Positions 53,062 through 64,000 of a stretch of 64,000 bases of DNA are shown one piece after another; the stretch's first letter is position 1, and every line of letters starts with the position of its first letter. Below the pieces are notes generated by a model that searched no databases, was not told where the DNA came from, and worked only from the letters and a program-made list of their open reading frames with translations. The DNA is taken from positions 62,001 through 126,000 of the forward strand of contig CAJNYD010000033.1 of the NCBI GenBank assembly GCA_905331295.1, given 5' to 3'. The DNA comes from Rotaria socialis. Lineage: Eukaryota. The translations under genes and the position numbers were made by a program.

Positions 53062-54071
53062 ACGAGCGCATTGCTTATTCTTGAGAAAAAAATGTCGTCC
53101 ATCACATCAGCTCTACTCTTGTGTCTTTACTTCCTTGCTTGAAACAGTCACAGTGAATTGGTAAATGATGAACTTTACTTGGTGATCTACAATTTTTTAA
53201 CAGGGTACACTAGTGTTTGGAGCTGTTCGGTTTCATCAATATCGTTTACAACATGTTTTTTATATGTAATAAGCAATAAAGGTGGTATCTTTCAGTTAAG
53301 CTTCAAATTTTCATATATCCTCTATAAAGATAAATTTGAACTGCACGACTTCAACTATTTTTCGTCTCAATTCCACCAGTGGTTAGGATGTCGAAATCGT
53401 TTCAAACAGTAAAAGACAAAATATCATAAAATACTCTATCATTACAAAAGTTATCACAATTAAAAAGTTAAATATCAAATAGCGATTCCGTTCACTCTTG
53501 TTTACCTTCAGGCGGGATGAATCCATAACTTTCAGACAGGCTGAAATATACGACTTTTCTTGTTAATTACCTTTAGCAATCATTTTGTGTTAGACCATGA
53601 TGAAACTGCTACGAATAGCCAGCAAACAATAGTCTACATTTCGGCAAAAGTCACAGTTCAAACTGTTCAATCCTAGTGAAGATACTTAAATAAAATTATT
53701 TTCTTCACATGTACAACTACTTATAAGCGTTCCTATCTATCATTGATATTCTATGACCTGCATACTGCTAGCGAATTATGTGCCTTAACCGTTGCCACTT
53801 GCAAGACTTAGATAGAGAAGAGCTCTTATTTCCTATTATTGTTTTTGAAAGTGCGTCCCACTCTTTTAAAAAAAAAACAAGTGGTTGCCAATTCTACTCT
53901 GTTAGATTTCATTAATTGTATAATAGCAAATTTCACTTTGAAGACATTTAAATTTGCTTCATCACCATAACTACATAATGTATTTGTATTTCAAGACACA
54001 TTTAAGTCGCTAGCGTCCTCCAAACTCACCGTCACACAACTAATAATACGCGTACTATAATTGCCAATCAA

Positions 54072-54315
54072 ATGTCGTTACCGCTGATGCAGATGCTACA
54101 GACGCTTATCGTTCTTTCGATTAATGTACACGAAGAAAGTCGTGCTAATAACCGTTTCGGAATGTCTATGATAAAACGTTTTGATTCGACTTGTGTCTGT
54201 CACGAAGTTTCCGTGAGTGATTGCATGCAATACACATGTACAACAGCAGCACGAGTTAGCTGCTTTCCTGGCTCAAGCCAACTGATTCTCGAAGATGGAA
54301 GCTTCAAGGCACTGT
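54072..54315 (+). CDS. Second Cys-peptide-Hint gene (5' part; runs into assembly gap)
   Basis: MSLPLMQMLQTLIVLSINV...IKR-FDSTCVCHEVSVSDCMQYTCTTAARVS-CFPGSSQLILEDGSFKAL. Its upstream ~170 bp is homologous, in inverted orientation, to the upstream region of the 50884 gene. Confidence 0.85.
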
Positions 54316-54415
54316 NNNNNNNNNNNNNNNNNNNNNNNNNNNNNNNNNNNNNNNNNNNNNNNNNNNNNNNNNNNNNNNNNNNNNNNNNNNNNNNNNNNNN
54401 NNNNNNNNNNNNNNN
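54316..54415. other. Assembly gap (100 N)
   Basis: Run of N characters. Confidence 0.99.
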
Positions 54416-55458
54416 GAATGAAAAGTATTCAACTGAATGTGATAATATTGGATAAAAAGTAGCAACACCTAGTAATGCTCTTGTTTGGTTGTTTATAATT
54501 TATGTGACTTTCTTTCTCTATGAAACAGATAAAAAAGAATTTTTCTTATTATCTTTCTAGATTATCTGACCTCTTTTCGTTTATTTACACTTTGTTTATA
54601 AAATCAAAGGGTGAAAATACACATTTTTCACATAAACATAATGTACAAAAATATTTTACTTCAGATTTCTATTAGAAACACTGATTGAGATCATGTGATG
54701 TGACCTTTTTGGTTTAGCTATGCTTTTTCGTTATTGCGTTGTTTTGTTTTCTCGTTTGAATATATAAGGATTTATCCTTATATTTGTTTGTCAGATTTAT
54801 TGTTTTTTCTTCACTGTTATCATTATTTACATAAATCTACTATTCTCTTCAATCTACTGATTTCATCAATTGATCTTGTTAAAAATCATTGATTACTCAT
54901 TTACTGAAACAAGGTAAAATAACTGTTTACGTGAGCTCTCGACAGAAGATCGATTAATCTAAAGAAAACGCATCATTGACTGAGCGTAACAATAAAACAA
55001 AGATTAATTAAAAGCATCCCTAAAAGAGAGCCTCACATTACTCAACATAAAATCCTACGTTAGAATAATGGCTACTATGTAACAAATTCTACAAGCATTT
55101 CTAGCTGTAAAACATCTTCTTCAAAACATCTATTCAATTTCGTTTGCCTTCACACGTTAATAAATTGAATAATAATTTTCTCCGATCTTCAAAAAGAGAA
55201 GTTTCTTTCAGCTATTGCTTCATTGTACCATTGAATTAAACTTATACTGGTAATCATCCAAATAAAATATTCTGAATAAGTCTGAAAAATATTGCAGTCA
55301 ATGAAGCTGATAAATTGTACGAAATTTGTTTTTCTTCTTCTTTCAAATAAGTGGTAACTCAGAACTAATGCAAAGCATATGCTAATTGAATAGGAAAATG
55401 AATATTATTTAAAATACTCTTCATAGCACTTCCATTTTATTCTCAATACGACGAACAC

Positions 55459-56628
55459 ATGAAACTCTGTTTGAACGACAGTAATTGTATCAACAATGGA
55501 CAATGCGTTTCAGGCATTTGCGTTTGTACCAGCCAACATTTCACTGGTAAACACGATGAACATCGATATAATTCACTTACATTACCTATGGTTGGAGCTA
55601 TTGTTCATGATATTCCATCATCCTATCATGTCTATATTTTTATCTGTATTATCTTAACTTTTATCGGTTTAATCAGTAGTATTTTATCTTTCATAACATT
55701 CATTCGTGGTCGTGTTCGATATACTGTATGTGGAGTTTATTTAATCACGTTTTCAATATGTGCTATAATATTGATGATATTATTTATAACAAACATCATT
55801 ATTACTATTCGATATGATAATTATTTATTTCGTTTATGGGCTTGTCACGGTCATCCGTATCTATTTCTTGTTATGATCAATATGAGTATTCTCATGACTG
55901 TTGGCATTGCTATTGAGAATGTATTGGTTCGATATTTTACATTTGACAGATTTCGTTCTCGTAAATGTTCTGTTTTTATTGTTCTCTATCTTTTCGTTCT
56001 TGGCTTTGCATCAAATCTTGATAAGGTACTTACTCGAAATTTAATATCGGATCAATTAGGTCAGTTCTATTGTACTTATGACTATCGTAAAACTAAATTT
56101 TGGTTTTATATTAATAATTCTATAACGTATTTTTATATGATTATTCCATGTGTAATTCATACCATATTTATTCTATTTATTATCTTTGAAATAATAAAAC
56201 AAAAACAAAAATCTTATCGAAAAATATTTACACGCATGGATATTCTTTTACCATCATTTGTTGTTATTTTATGTTTGTGTACGTATGGTACAATTCGATA
56301 TTTATTAGATTCTTGCATTATAAATTCGAAACTATTATATATTCGACTGCATATTGCATGTTTATTAATTCTTTATATACCACAAATATTTATATTTGCA
56401 CTTTATGTACTACCTAATAAGTCTTATCTACAAGAATTCAAAAAAACATGGATATATCAAGTATTATGTTATTGCCTTGGATATAAAAAACTGCAAACTA
56501 TAGAATTTCAATCAATTAATAAATTATGGCATCGACGACATTCATTAGAAAGTGTAATGGCAATATCTACTCTCAATGACTATTTACTTAATAGTGAGAT
56601 TTATAAAAATATTAAATTGGAAGTTTAA
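55459..56628 (+). CDS. EGF-like domain + rhodopsin-like 7TM receptor
   Basis: CLNDSNCINNGQCVSGICVCTSQHFTG followed by about seven hydrophobic helices, with IAIEN at the DRY-equivalent position. Upstream exons may exist. Confidence 0.8.
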   Translation: MKLCLNDSNCINNGQCVSGICVCTSQHFTGKHDEHRYNSLTLPMVGAIVHDIPSSYHVYIFICIILTFIGLISSILSFITFIRGRVRYTVCGVYLITFSICAIILMILFITNIIITIRYDNYLFRLWACHGHPYLFLVMINMSILMTVGIAIENVLVRYFTFDRFRSRKCSVFIVLYLFVLGFASNLDKVLTRNLISDQLGQFYCTYDYRKTKFWFYINNSITYFYMIIPCVIHTIFILFIIFEIIKQKQKSYRKIFTRMDILLPSFVVILCLCTYGTIRYLLDSCIINSKLLYIRLHIACLLILYIPQIFIFALYVLPNKSYLQEFKKTWIYQVLCYCLGYKKLQTIEFQSINKLWHRRHSLESVMAISTLNDYLLNSEIYKNIKLEV

Positions 56629-57025
56629 TTATATTCTTTTTTCCCCCATAAATCTCTACAAAACAAAACTATCTTCACTATTTCAAATATGATTTGATAT
56701 TAATGTGGATTATTATGTTCTAATATACTTGTGTATTTCAATAAAACTTTGAATATTTATCAGAAACTCTCACTCGCTTTAAAAAAAAATCTCATCTGCT
56801 GTATAAAAGCGAATGATCTCTACAGTTATCAAGAGAACATTCAATTTGACATTCGAAACAAACAATAAACGGATGTTTTATCTTCACTGATTACATTATG
56901 TTTTTATATAATCGATACTAGCTCAATTAGCTTGTTCAGTTCGATTCTGATTTATAACTGTGAATTTATGATTATTTACAAGATGAAAAATCACAGTCTT
57001 GAAATCTGATGAATAAAAGCTTTTC

Positions 57026-57556
57026 TTTTTTGTGTACTCAAAAAAAAGAGTACACTATAGAATCGGTCAGTGTGTCCGGCCGGCCGTCCGTCCGTTTATT
57101 CGATAGCTCTTCACAATTACATTCGATTGAGCTGAAATATTGTGCACAGAATTGTCTCATCAATATCTAGGTCGAGTTCGAAGATGAGAAGGATCCGTCA
57201 AGAAATGGCTGAGATATCGAAAAAATTGTCATTTTTGATCAGACCATCCCTGAGGGGGACTACAGGGATTTTTCAAAAAAAACTTTTTTTTCTCAGAATT
57301 ACCCACAACATACATAAATCGACTCAGTTTTTAACGCTGATTCTAAATCTGATATTAGTTTTGAACGATATCGTAGCTTTCTAACGAAACATTGCCTGAA
57401 AAACGTCTCAAAATGCACAAAAACTGCATCCAGAAATCAAATTGCCTAGTTTCTCATGATAATTTTCGTGTTCAGACATTCTAGAATGACTCATATGTCC
57501 CATGCACTTTTTGCAGTACACATAACTCTCGGATGAAATCCGAAGTTTCCACATTT
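57026..57556 (+). mobile_element. DINE-1/HINE-like non-autonomous Helentron-type element
   Basis: 5' T-run then a gtgtactc-A8-gagtacac hairpin; ccggccgtccgtccg microsatellite; 3' subterminal agtacac (57515-57521); short hairpin tcggat-gaa-atccga before a T-rich end. Confidence 0.65.
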
Positions 57557-60500
57557 ATTTTTATTATAAATCTCAATTGATAATGACTTGTCTAAACTAA
57601 ACGATGAGCCATAATAAACAAGCAACGATCACACTGAAGCAGATCTTATATTTTTACTACGAAACTGTAGAGAAACAAGAAATGTTCGATAGTACTACAG
57701 AGACATTCACTAAATGTTGATCAGTAATGATGAGGATGGCCTATGTGTTTTTCTTGCTGTTCAAAGCGTGTTGAACTGATTAAGAGATTTAACTGTTTGT
57801 TTTATTCTAGCTTTTAATTTATACTATAGTACAAATCAAGTCATAGGAACTTTTTCTCATCAATCGCAAAGTGTCATTGATTCAAAACATAAAATAAGAT
57901 CGCATTAGATTACTATGATAGTTGGCGCCTTTATTGCAATAGAATACATAATATTTGTTCAAGAAAGAGGCAATATACTGTGGTATCTTATTTTATTAAA
58001 TGATTTGTTGACAATATCATTGTTGATTACTCTACATAAACTTCTATTAGACCAATTTTCATAAAGAGTATGTTTTTGAACTAATGAACGATCAAAACTG
58101 CTTTATCATCTCTTTAGACGGTTAAGGCCCATCTGTGTGAACAGAATGAGAAAATGAGAGCCTATGAAACATAAGAAAACGAATGGGCTCATCTATACCG
58201 CATTTCTAAGAAGAAAAGTGACGAGCGAAGCATGCGCAGTAAGGTGTATTATTTCTCTGTAATCTAATAATCAGTCCCATCTTGATTATCACGTAGTATG
58301 TCGTATTTTTGAGTAAATCCTCATCGATTAGTTTAAAAAATATGAATTTTTATTTCACTCTGAGCAAACTATCGCCAAAAGAGACATGCCAATATAGCTA
58401 ATTTAAAAATGAAAATATTTTAAACATTATTTCTTATGTATTATAATACCGATTAAAATAATTGTATTTTTCGTTAAATTTAAAACAACTTTTATGGCAT
58501 GTTTAAGATCAATGCATAGTTCTGTTAAGATACAACTGAAGATTTTTTTTCTGATTAGAAGAATAGGACAATACTATGGTATCGATGATCTGTTAATTGA
58601 ATGATCCATGACTAATATCCATGATTGGTAAGACATGAAAAGTTTACTGAAAAAAGAACGTACTTATAAGTATGTCACTCCGCAACAATCTAGGGATTCA
58701 ACTGAATATTGAAAGTATTGTGTGAAAAAAATCTTCGAGGATCTAAAATCATGTTTTGAAAATTTATCGTTACTTATGAATATTGGAAAATATTTAAAAA
58801 TTTAGCAGAATATAACTGATAGTCAAGCAATACAACACAAAATCAAAACATGGTATTTTCTGTATCAAATACATGAATCTATGAATTTCCGAAAGTCTGA
58901 TGGACAATCCTACAATAAATGAAGTTTTTCTTATTAATTCTACTGATTTATCATAATGGTCTTATGTTTAAATAATTCCAATATCAAGAACACCAAATAT
59001 TCCTATATTGAGAAAGGACGTTTGCATCCTTGCTCATAGCTACGAGGCTACATCTGAAAAAATAATCAATATATCGATCGAACAGAATCTAAGATAAGCG
59101 GAATTGATAAGAAATTATTGATTACGAGCAGTGATGGTATTTGATTCAGACAAAGTTGTGTTCCGCTATTTATCGATATTTTTATACAGATCAAATAGCG
59201 ATCATCTATTTCTACTCTCGGGGTATTTTTGTAGTCTTATTCCTTGTTTAATTGAATTGCGTAGAAATATCTGATCGAAAATATCTTGTCTTTCGATGCA
59301 ACGATTTTGACGTGTCAAACAATTGTAGACAAGATAGAAGGAGAATATAACAATATTTTTGAACAAAAAAAGAACCAATCAAATACATGGAACAAGTATA
59401 AAGAAAAAGATGATCTTTCTTTTTCTTGTGATTGATTATCATGTTAGATCTCGATAAAGGAAATCCTATGTATAAAAAAACAGCATTGATTTATTTCAAC
59501 CGTTCATTTGGATACTACAAGCAAATCTATCTAACTTGTTTTAGCGTAGATCATAAGTGTTTGAATGAAAACACATATTTTATCAATAGTACTATAAACT
59601 GTTCCGAAGCTACTTTCAATTCAATATTTCCATTGATAAGATGAATTACATACAGATATCAAGCAATGATTATCAAAGAGAATTTTTCAAACGTAACATC
59701 TGTTGAGTATAACTTCTATACTTGTAAGTGATTATAGTCCTGACAAATCTTTCTTCAATATTTTAATTAACTCTTGAATCTGTATTATACGATGAGTTAA
59801 ATTGTTTGAATGCAAGTTTTNTCTACAAGAAAAATTTTAATCATCATACGTCATTAAAAAAGGAAACGCATTGTGCTCTGTATGATAATTACTCTTTGCT
59901 TTAAAATAGTCCATATAAATGAGTGCAAAAAATTACTTGTCACAGTTGTACTGTAAAATTTCGATCGAAAAAACCACAAAAATTCTTTTTCTCTCTAAAG
60001 ATATCAAATTGAACACATTGTTGCATGCGAAACTAGAAGAAAAAATATATAACAACATTATGAATCAGATTTTAGTAAATATTTGATGATGAAAATGCTT
60101 TCGATTGATTTCAATGTAGATATTAATAATTCATAGAATGCTTTGTTTGATCCCTTAAGTATACAGAAGACGATGAAAAAGAATTTCTTTCACTACAATA
60201 CTCGTCTACTTGAGATCTAATTCGACTGTGTCTAATCTGATTTCATAGCTTGGTTCCCTCTCTAATATTGAGTGCATATAATCTCACATGTTTCCGGTAG
60301 CAACTCGTTATTGTAATTTACGAAAGTAAAGATGTCTGCAATAGAAATAATTGTATTAGGAATCCAGATTTATGTCGTGCCGACTGACATGTACCCTCTA
60401 AATACTTTTTACGCATTTAGCCAAATAAGATTTAGGTATGCTATTAAGTCTGGCATAGTTCTTTTTACGTTTGACATAAAAGAAAAACTTGAGTTGCGAA

Positions 60501-61435
60501 ATTCGATTGAGTACTGTCGAATGAAATTTTAATTACAATAATGTATTAGTGAACGAGATTATATATATATATATATATATACTGTTAAAAGAAATTCTTT
60601 TCTGATCGCTTTTGACATTCTGAAGAACCATACCAAGAATCCTATGCGTGCTAGCTGATGAAATAAGTATCTGCTATAATGCAGCTTTTCTTTCTTTCTA
60701 TGATGTTATATCAAGCAGAAAATTTGACTATTCATCCTACCAAAAAGACCTTCGTTTATGGCTTCGCTAGATAAAACTTTTCACTAAAGCCGAAAATAAT
60801 ACTTCTTCTTTTGCGCTTATACGCAGAAGTAGCTTAGAAGTAAAGTAACCATCATGCAGAACACAATCGGCTCCTTTTAATGGTGTATGATGATGAAAAC
60901 TTTCATGTATATTCAACACGTAGTAGTCGACAATCATTAATACTCAGGTACTTCGAATGAATGAAGAAAAATTCATGCTGAGAGCATTTGATTGGTAGAA
61001 CCTTAACATAATAATCGTCAATCGGCCTTGAATTTTCTGCACACATGTAGATTATAAGTTATTATTCACAATATATTACATAGACTAAATGTGTGAAAAA
61101 TAACTAGATGTTGAAACAAGAGAATAGCAATTTGCTGGTTATATGATTTTGAAAGGCTTAGATTTTAATCGAACAGCAACACAGTGAAATTAAGTCGGTG
61201 ACTATCAAAACATGAAGTCTCAAGTTTTATTAAGAGTCACAAAAAACGGATGACTATGAAAAAAGTATTGTCACCATGTATGTAAACACAAATAATCTTG
61301 TGGGTTTTAATCCTCTCTTCATTTTTTTAATTTACTTTTTCGATTTACTTAGATATATTAATTCTAAATGAGCATTTGTTTTGTCTATTATAACAAATAT
61401 AAAAACAAACAAACAAAAAAAGAGATGTTCATAAA

Positions 61436-62329
61436 TCAACCCAAATCTTCCGAAGAAGGTCTACGTTCGTGTTTGCTTAACGATTGAATACGTTTGCGCA
61501 TCACGCGTTCGTTTGATGCGACTCTTTTTCTAGAATATTCAAGCAATAAAATAGATTAAAACTTTATGAACACTCTCATTTTACCTATCTTCGATCACTT
61601 TTTTTTCTTCGTCACTCAATCCTTTTGGAACAATACTTGCTTCACGAATTAATGCTCGAATTCGGTCTAAACATTGACCTTGATTTAACAAACGATGTCG
61701 AGTTTCATCAGAAAATATAACAAAATAGCCATCACGATTAATACGATTATGATTCTAAAAAAACAAGAAAGATCTATAGTTTTGTATTCAACTAAACATG
61801 AATACAGACCATATCACGAAAACGTGGTTTAATCGAATCTGGTATCCATGTTGCTGAATCAACATGAAATCGAATTTCTACACCACTTAATGCTAATGCA
61901 AAGAAAATTCATGTTGGCATTAAATTTCATAATGTAGTTTCTCACTTTTATTCACATGTTGACCACCTGGACCTCGTGCGTGCCGATGTGCAATCTCGAG
62001 TTTATCTAAGTAATAAAACTGCTACGTCACATAATAGAAAGAAGAATCATCTAAATCTACCTGTAGGAATAAATCCATTGAATTTTTCATTTCCAGTTGA
62101 TTCCCTTGTAGGCTAAGTTCGTCGAATAAGTACAAATAAGCGTTTTTTTAAATTTCTAATAGAAGAAATTTACCGATTTTATAGGTCCTGAGACAACTTC
62201 GAGTGATTTACAATTAGGAAATAATTTTTCAAAGGATAAATTTGATTTATATGTTCGACTCGTTATTAAAAACTGTCGAGTTGATAAGCAAAGAACTTGG
62301 CGAACGACAAAATTATACATTGAATTCAT
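61436..62329 (-). CDS. MRPL58: Mitochondrial peptidyl-tRNA hydrolase ICT1 / mL62 (6 exons)
   Basis: Mitochondrial-type basic N-terminus; FNGFIPT|DKLEIAHRHARGPGGQHVNK; VEIRFHVDSATWIP; RINRDGYFVIFSDETRHRLLNQGQCLDRIR; basic C-tail. Absent from the ORF track. Confidence 0.93.
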
Positions 62330-63447
62330 CTACAAAAACAAAGAAAGAATAAACACTATTTTCGAATGAATAATTTGCTTTTCAATCGATGGCGATCGTT
62401 TTAATCATGCTTCGATACGATTGATGAAACAATCGAAGAAAATAATTGTACTCAAAGTATTCAATTGAACATTTAATATGAAAAGAGCTTTATTTTTAAT
62501 TGAATACACGTCAGCAACAAATTACAAAAAGTGCTTCATCTTTATTAGTTTACAACGTATGTAAAATAATTCTTTATTGTTCATCACGCAAGCTATCCAA
62601 ATTGCCACCGGGAAAAAAGAAAAAGTGCATGCTTAGAAATTCTCACGTTCATCATGATAAATAAATCTGATAATTTATTAATCAGGAACTTAGGTATCCG
62701 GTTAAAAAATGTGTAAAATGTCCTATAATAATCTATCAAAGGTACTCACTAATTCTATTCATCGCAATTTAATCTAAAAGCAGAAATTGAGTCGACAAAT
62801 GCGACAGTTATAGACTCGATCCAATCCATCGTTTATTATTTTCGTAATTTGCTTCGTTAGAACATAAAAAGAATCGACTAGAATAATTAAGTTACTTCAA
62901 TGCTCACAGCGGGAATGATACTGCCGACAATCAAACATCTGTACAAGCAAGATCTTTTCTGTAAACCTCTTTTTTTACATTAAGGTGGTGCCTTCACACG
63001 TAAAAGCGGAGAACAGCTGCTACCAGCTGGTGCCATACGTTTTAGATTAAGTATTTGCAGAAAAACAAATACTTTGATGAAGCAAAAACAAAAAATCATA
63101 TTAAAACTTTCAATATTTTATTTCGTGTATGCCATTGAAGTTTCAAGACAAAAGGGTAAGAGGAAAAAAGTAAACACCTAAATTCCATTATGTATAAGAC
63201 AATAAATGGAATATGGTAGTTGAAAAATTAAATGGATAAAACAAACAAAACAAAAACCCGACTGTAAAATCTGGCGTATAATATTCAAAGTTACACGATT
63301 GTTCTTGAGATTAATAATATTTAATACTATTGAGGGAAAAGTAAGGAAATCTATTCTTATGATGATTCTAGCCGGCCATGATGGACGGAAATATGAAAAA
63401 AGAAAAACTAATGAACTAAAAAAAAAGATATTCATTTGTTTTTGTCA

Positions 63448-63788
63448 TCAAGCTTTAACTTGATCATTCTCATTCATTGGCACCAATTCTTCATCGTTGA
63501 TTTTCTTTTCTTCTTGAGCAGCAGCTGATTGAAATCGAGCCCATTTACGCGGTACACCTGAACCAAATAATAAAAATATGAGACCGCCAATAAAATAAAC
63601 TATGCCGAAAATAATAAATAATTTTCTCCATTCTTCGAGTATTGGCTTTTTAACAAGAAGACCAGCAACAAGATTTCCAGTTAGACCAGCTATTGATGCA
63701 AATGTATTAGCTATACCAAAAATAATACCCGAATATGCTGGAACAATATCAGCAAAATTCACAGAAAAACCACTTCCATAGCCAAGAC
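63448..63788 (-). CDS. Last exon of an SLC17 (sialin-like) MFS anion transporter; partial
   Basis: GLGYGSGFSVNFADIVPAYSGIIFGIANTFASIAG...EEWRKLFIIFGIVYFIGGLIFLLFGSGVPRKWA. Confidence 0.88.
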
Positions 63789-64000
63789 CTTCAATGAAAC
63801 AATTTTTCATTAGATATTTACAATCTAATCTAAATTTTCTTCAAATTTTCGCTTAAAATCTCGTTGCTTTTCTTTTACATTGACGATTGGCTACTTTCTA
63901 GTTCACATTAGCATCATAAATAGCCCTAATTTATAATGATGTATTTGTCGAAACTTTTCTCTCTCCTTCATTTCATCCCGCACTTTTCTTCCCAAGGCAC

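Noticed and set aside
58480..59830. Coding-like decayed sequence, possibly a TPR-type pseudogene
   Set aside because: Too many stops and frameshifts to reconstruct or name from sequence alone.
33635..62329. Two GGQ peptidyl-tRNA hydrolases (eRF1-like and ICT1) in one window as a functional cluster
   Set aside because: They are ~26 kb apart with unrelated genes between them and act in different compartments; probably coincidence.

Overview
AT-rich eukaryotic genomic DNA with compact genes and mostly ~45-60 nt GT-AG introns. The gene content (NHL-repeat, TPR, F-box/LRR-like, EGF-7TM and Hint-domain genes, plus a microbial-type enzyme) strongly suggests a bdelloid rotifer (inference). Conserved genes: AMPK beta, TFIIIC90-like, ARF1, RPS2, TatD, cyclin Y, a quiver/Ly6 protein, spalt, ICT1 and an SLC17 last exon. 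The window also holds several small non-autonomous transposons and a 692-bp foldback palindrome. Most notable: (1) a head-to-head pair of secreted ~27-aa four-Cys peptides fused to a Hedgehog-type Hint autoprocessing domain, with divergent peptides but Hint DNA identical from the catalytic Cys codon up to an assembly gap; (2) an intronless, highly divergent eRF1 paralog with an altered NIKS stop-codon recognition motif; (3) a RING-finger plus IRG-like GTPase fusion; (4) a microbial-type D-lactate dehydrogenase with a spliceosomal intron, packed operon-like behind TatD and RPS2. Exon structures were worked out by eye and no database searches were run.
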